Positions 62,500 through 64,000 of a DNA stretch of 64,000 nt are shown one piece after another. The DNA lies in assembly GCF_964355755.1 (NCBI RefSeq), contig NC_092672.1, positions 14,880,001-14,944,000 on the forward strand, given 5' to 3'. Position 1 is the stretch's first letter. Every line of letters starts with the position of its first letter. The translations under genes were made by a program, and so were the position numbers. The notes under the pieces were generated by a model. That model had not been told where the DNA came from. It saw only the letters and a program-made list of their open reading frames with translations, and made no database searches. This DNA comes from Antedon mediterranea (Eukaryota > Animalia > Echinodermata).

Positions 62500-63565
62500 G
62501 ACATAAAATCATAGGATAAAACACAATAAAGTACCGATACGGCAAACTTATTTCTATTGTGGTCCTAAACAAATATTACAGAATAAACAAGAAAACCACA
62601 CTTAATTAAACATGATAAACATACATATAGCAAATTAAATTTCTCTCAATCCATAGAGATATTATGCTCTCTATGCTCAATCTAAGAATTTCACTAAAGT
62701 AGCCTTTAGATCTCTGTTTAAATAATTGTATTGAAGAGGAGCTTTGAACAAAATAGTATAGGGGAGTGAATTCCATAACTGAACCTGTTGTGAGTTCCAA
62801 TGACTGGAATTTTGATCGAAATGCTGTCTCTGGCAAATCTGGTATTGTGATTGTGTCGATGTGTCTCGTCAGGGTAATTATATCCACGTAAGTTGGAGCA
62901 CTTGTATTAATTATTTTATACATAATACATAGTTTCCTCTCTTGCACTCTTAGGTCAACTGGCAACCAATTTAGGTTGACAAACTCATGTATATATATAT
63001 GTATATGAGATCGTACGTGGTCCTAGGTTCAAAATGCACCTTATAATTTTGAGACGTCTGTAGCCTATTTTTAGTATAATTATTTGCACATGAGTACCAT
63101 ACACAGCACTTATAGTCATAATGACATTGTGTCAGAAAAGAGGCAATTAATTTAAGAGCATATTTAGTAATATATTTTTTATTTCTATTAAGAAATTTAA
63201 GTATACAATGAATTTTATTGATTACTTTCATACCTGTAGCTGTACCAGTCAGATTCTGGTCAAGATCAATTCCAAGGTATGTGATTGAAGATTTAGCAGT
63301 TATGTTTTTATTATTACAGATAATTTTCATTTCTGACTGTTTTCTACACATGATTTTTGAACCAAATAAAATTGACTCCGTCTTACCTAAATGAAGGGAT
63401 AATCTATTGTCAGTAAGCCAAAGATTCAACGCTGGCAATTCATTACTTAGTCTGTTTTCAATATAATCTAGGTCTTTATTCGTGACCAAAAGAGCTGCAT
63501 CGTCTGCATATAACAACAACTCACAACCAACGGCCGATTCCATGTCGTTGACATATAGCAAAAAT
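62500..63565 (-). mobile_element. L2/Crack-type LINE 3' fragment
   Basis: LYVNDM...LLYADD, NRLSLHLGKTESILFGS, YLGIDLD. Confidence 0.85.
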
Positions 63566-64000
63566 ATCTGTAAATTGGTATCTAATACAAATCTGGCCTC
63601 AAAATAAGTGTATCTTTTCTATTACTACTGAAACCCCCAATTTATTACAATCACAAACAAATGTATTGATGAGGCACAATGGTTGCCTATCAATTAAATA
63701 TTAGACCATTTACTCTTTTCAACTGTGTCTGGCATGGCTTTAAAGTTGGTTACAAACTGAAAATTGGCAAAAAACGTTGATATTTACACTGAACTTATAG
63801 GCAACATATTCACCCACATGAAATTATTACCACTTATCTGGTGTACCTCTGGACAAAATTCTGTTATGAAGAATCATCTCCTTCATGGTGTGTGACAGCA
63901 TTTTGAAATTCTGACATTTTTGCCATTTTAATCTATAGGTCATTTCGTTGTGGCGTAACCCCTACAGTAAGCATATTGCAACTATCCCCTAGATGCCCGA

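Overview
AT-rich animal genomic DNA with spliceosomal introns, probably from a marine invertebrate (inferred from the TE mix; no species can be named). It holds two multi-exon + strand genes in a dense transposon landscape. (1) A divergent centrin-like EF-hand gene: coding exons 6252-6380, 6533-6681, 20080-20291, 20401-20573; 220 aa. (2) A gene the ORF track only partly shows: exons 34989-35042, 48963-49032, 51976-52043, 54907-57090; 791 aa. Its spliced N-terminus (LESKFKSIFAK|YNQPFPDDDEIDLNTLDV) looks like the Scm3/HJURP CENP-A-binding domain, followed by a long disordered, CDK-site-rich region and a terminal Cys4 motif. This candidate invertebrate CENP-A chaperone is the main finding. The rest comprises a near-intact two-ORF LINE, LINE fragments (CR1/L2, Rex-Babar, RTE-like), four Penelope-like copies with minimal hammerhead ribozymes, a tRNA-containing partial-tandem element found twice next to one Penelope family, a 5S-derived SINE, Helentron-type elements, nested MITEs/foldbacks with visible TSDs, and a young 89/56-bp satellite that starts at a transposon terminus. 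All calls were made by eye; family assignments need database confirmation and TE boundaries without TSDs are approximate.
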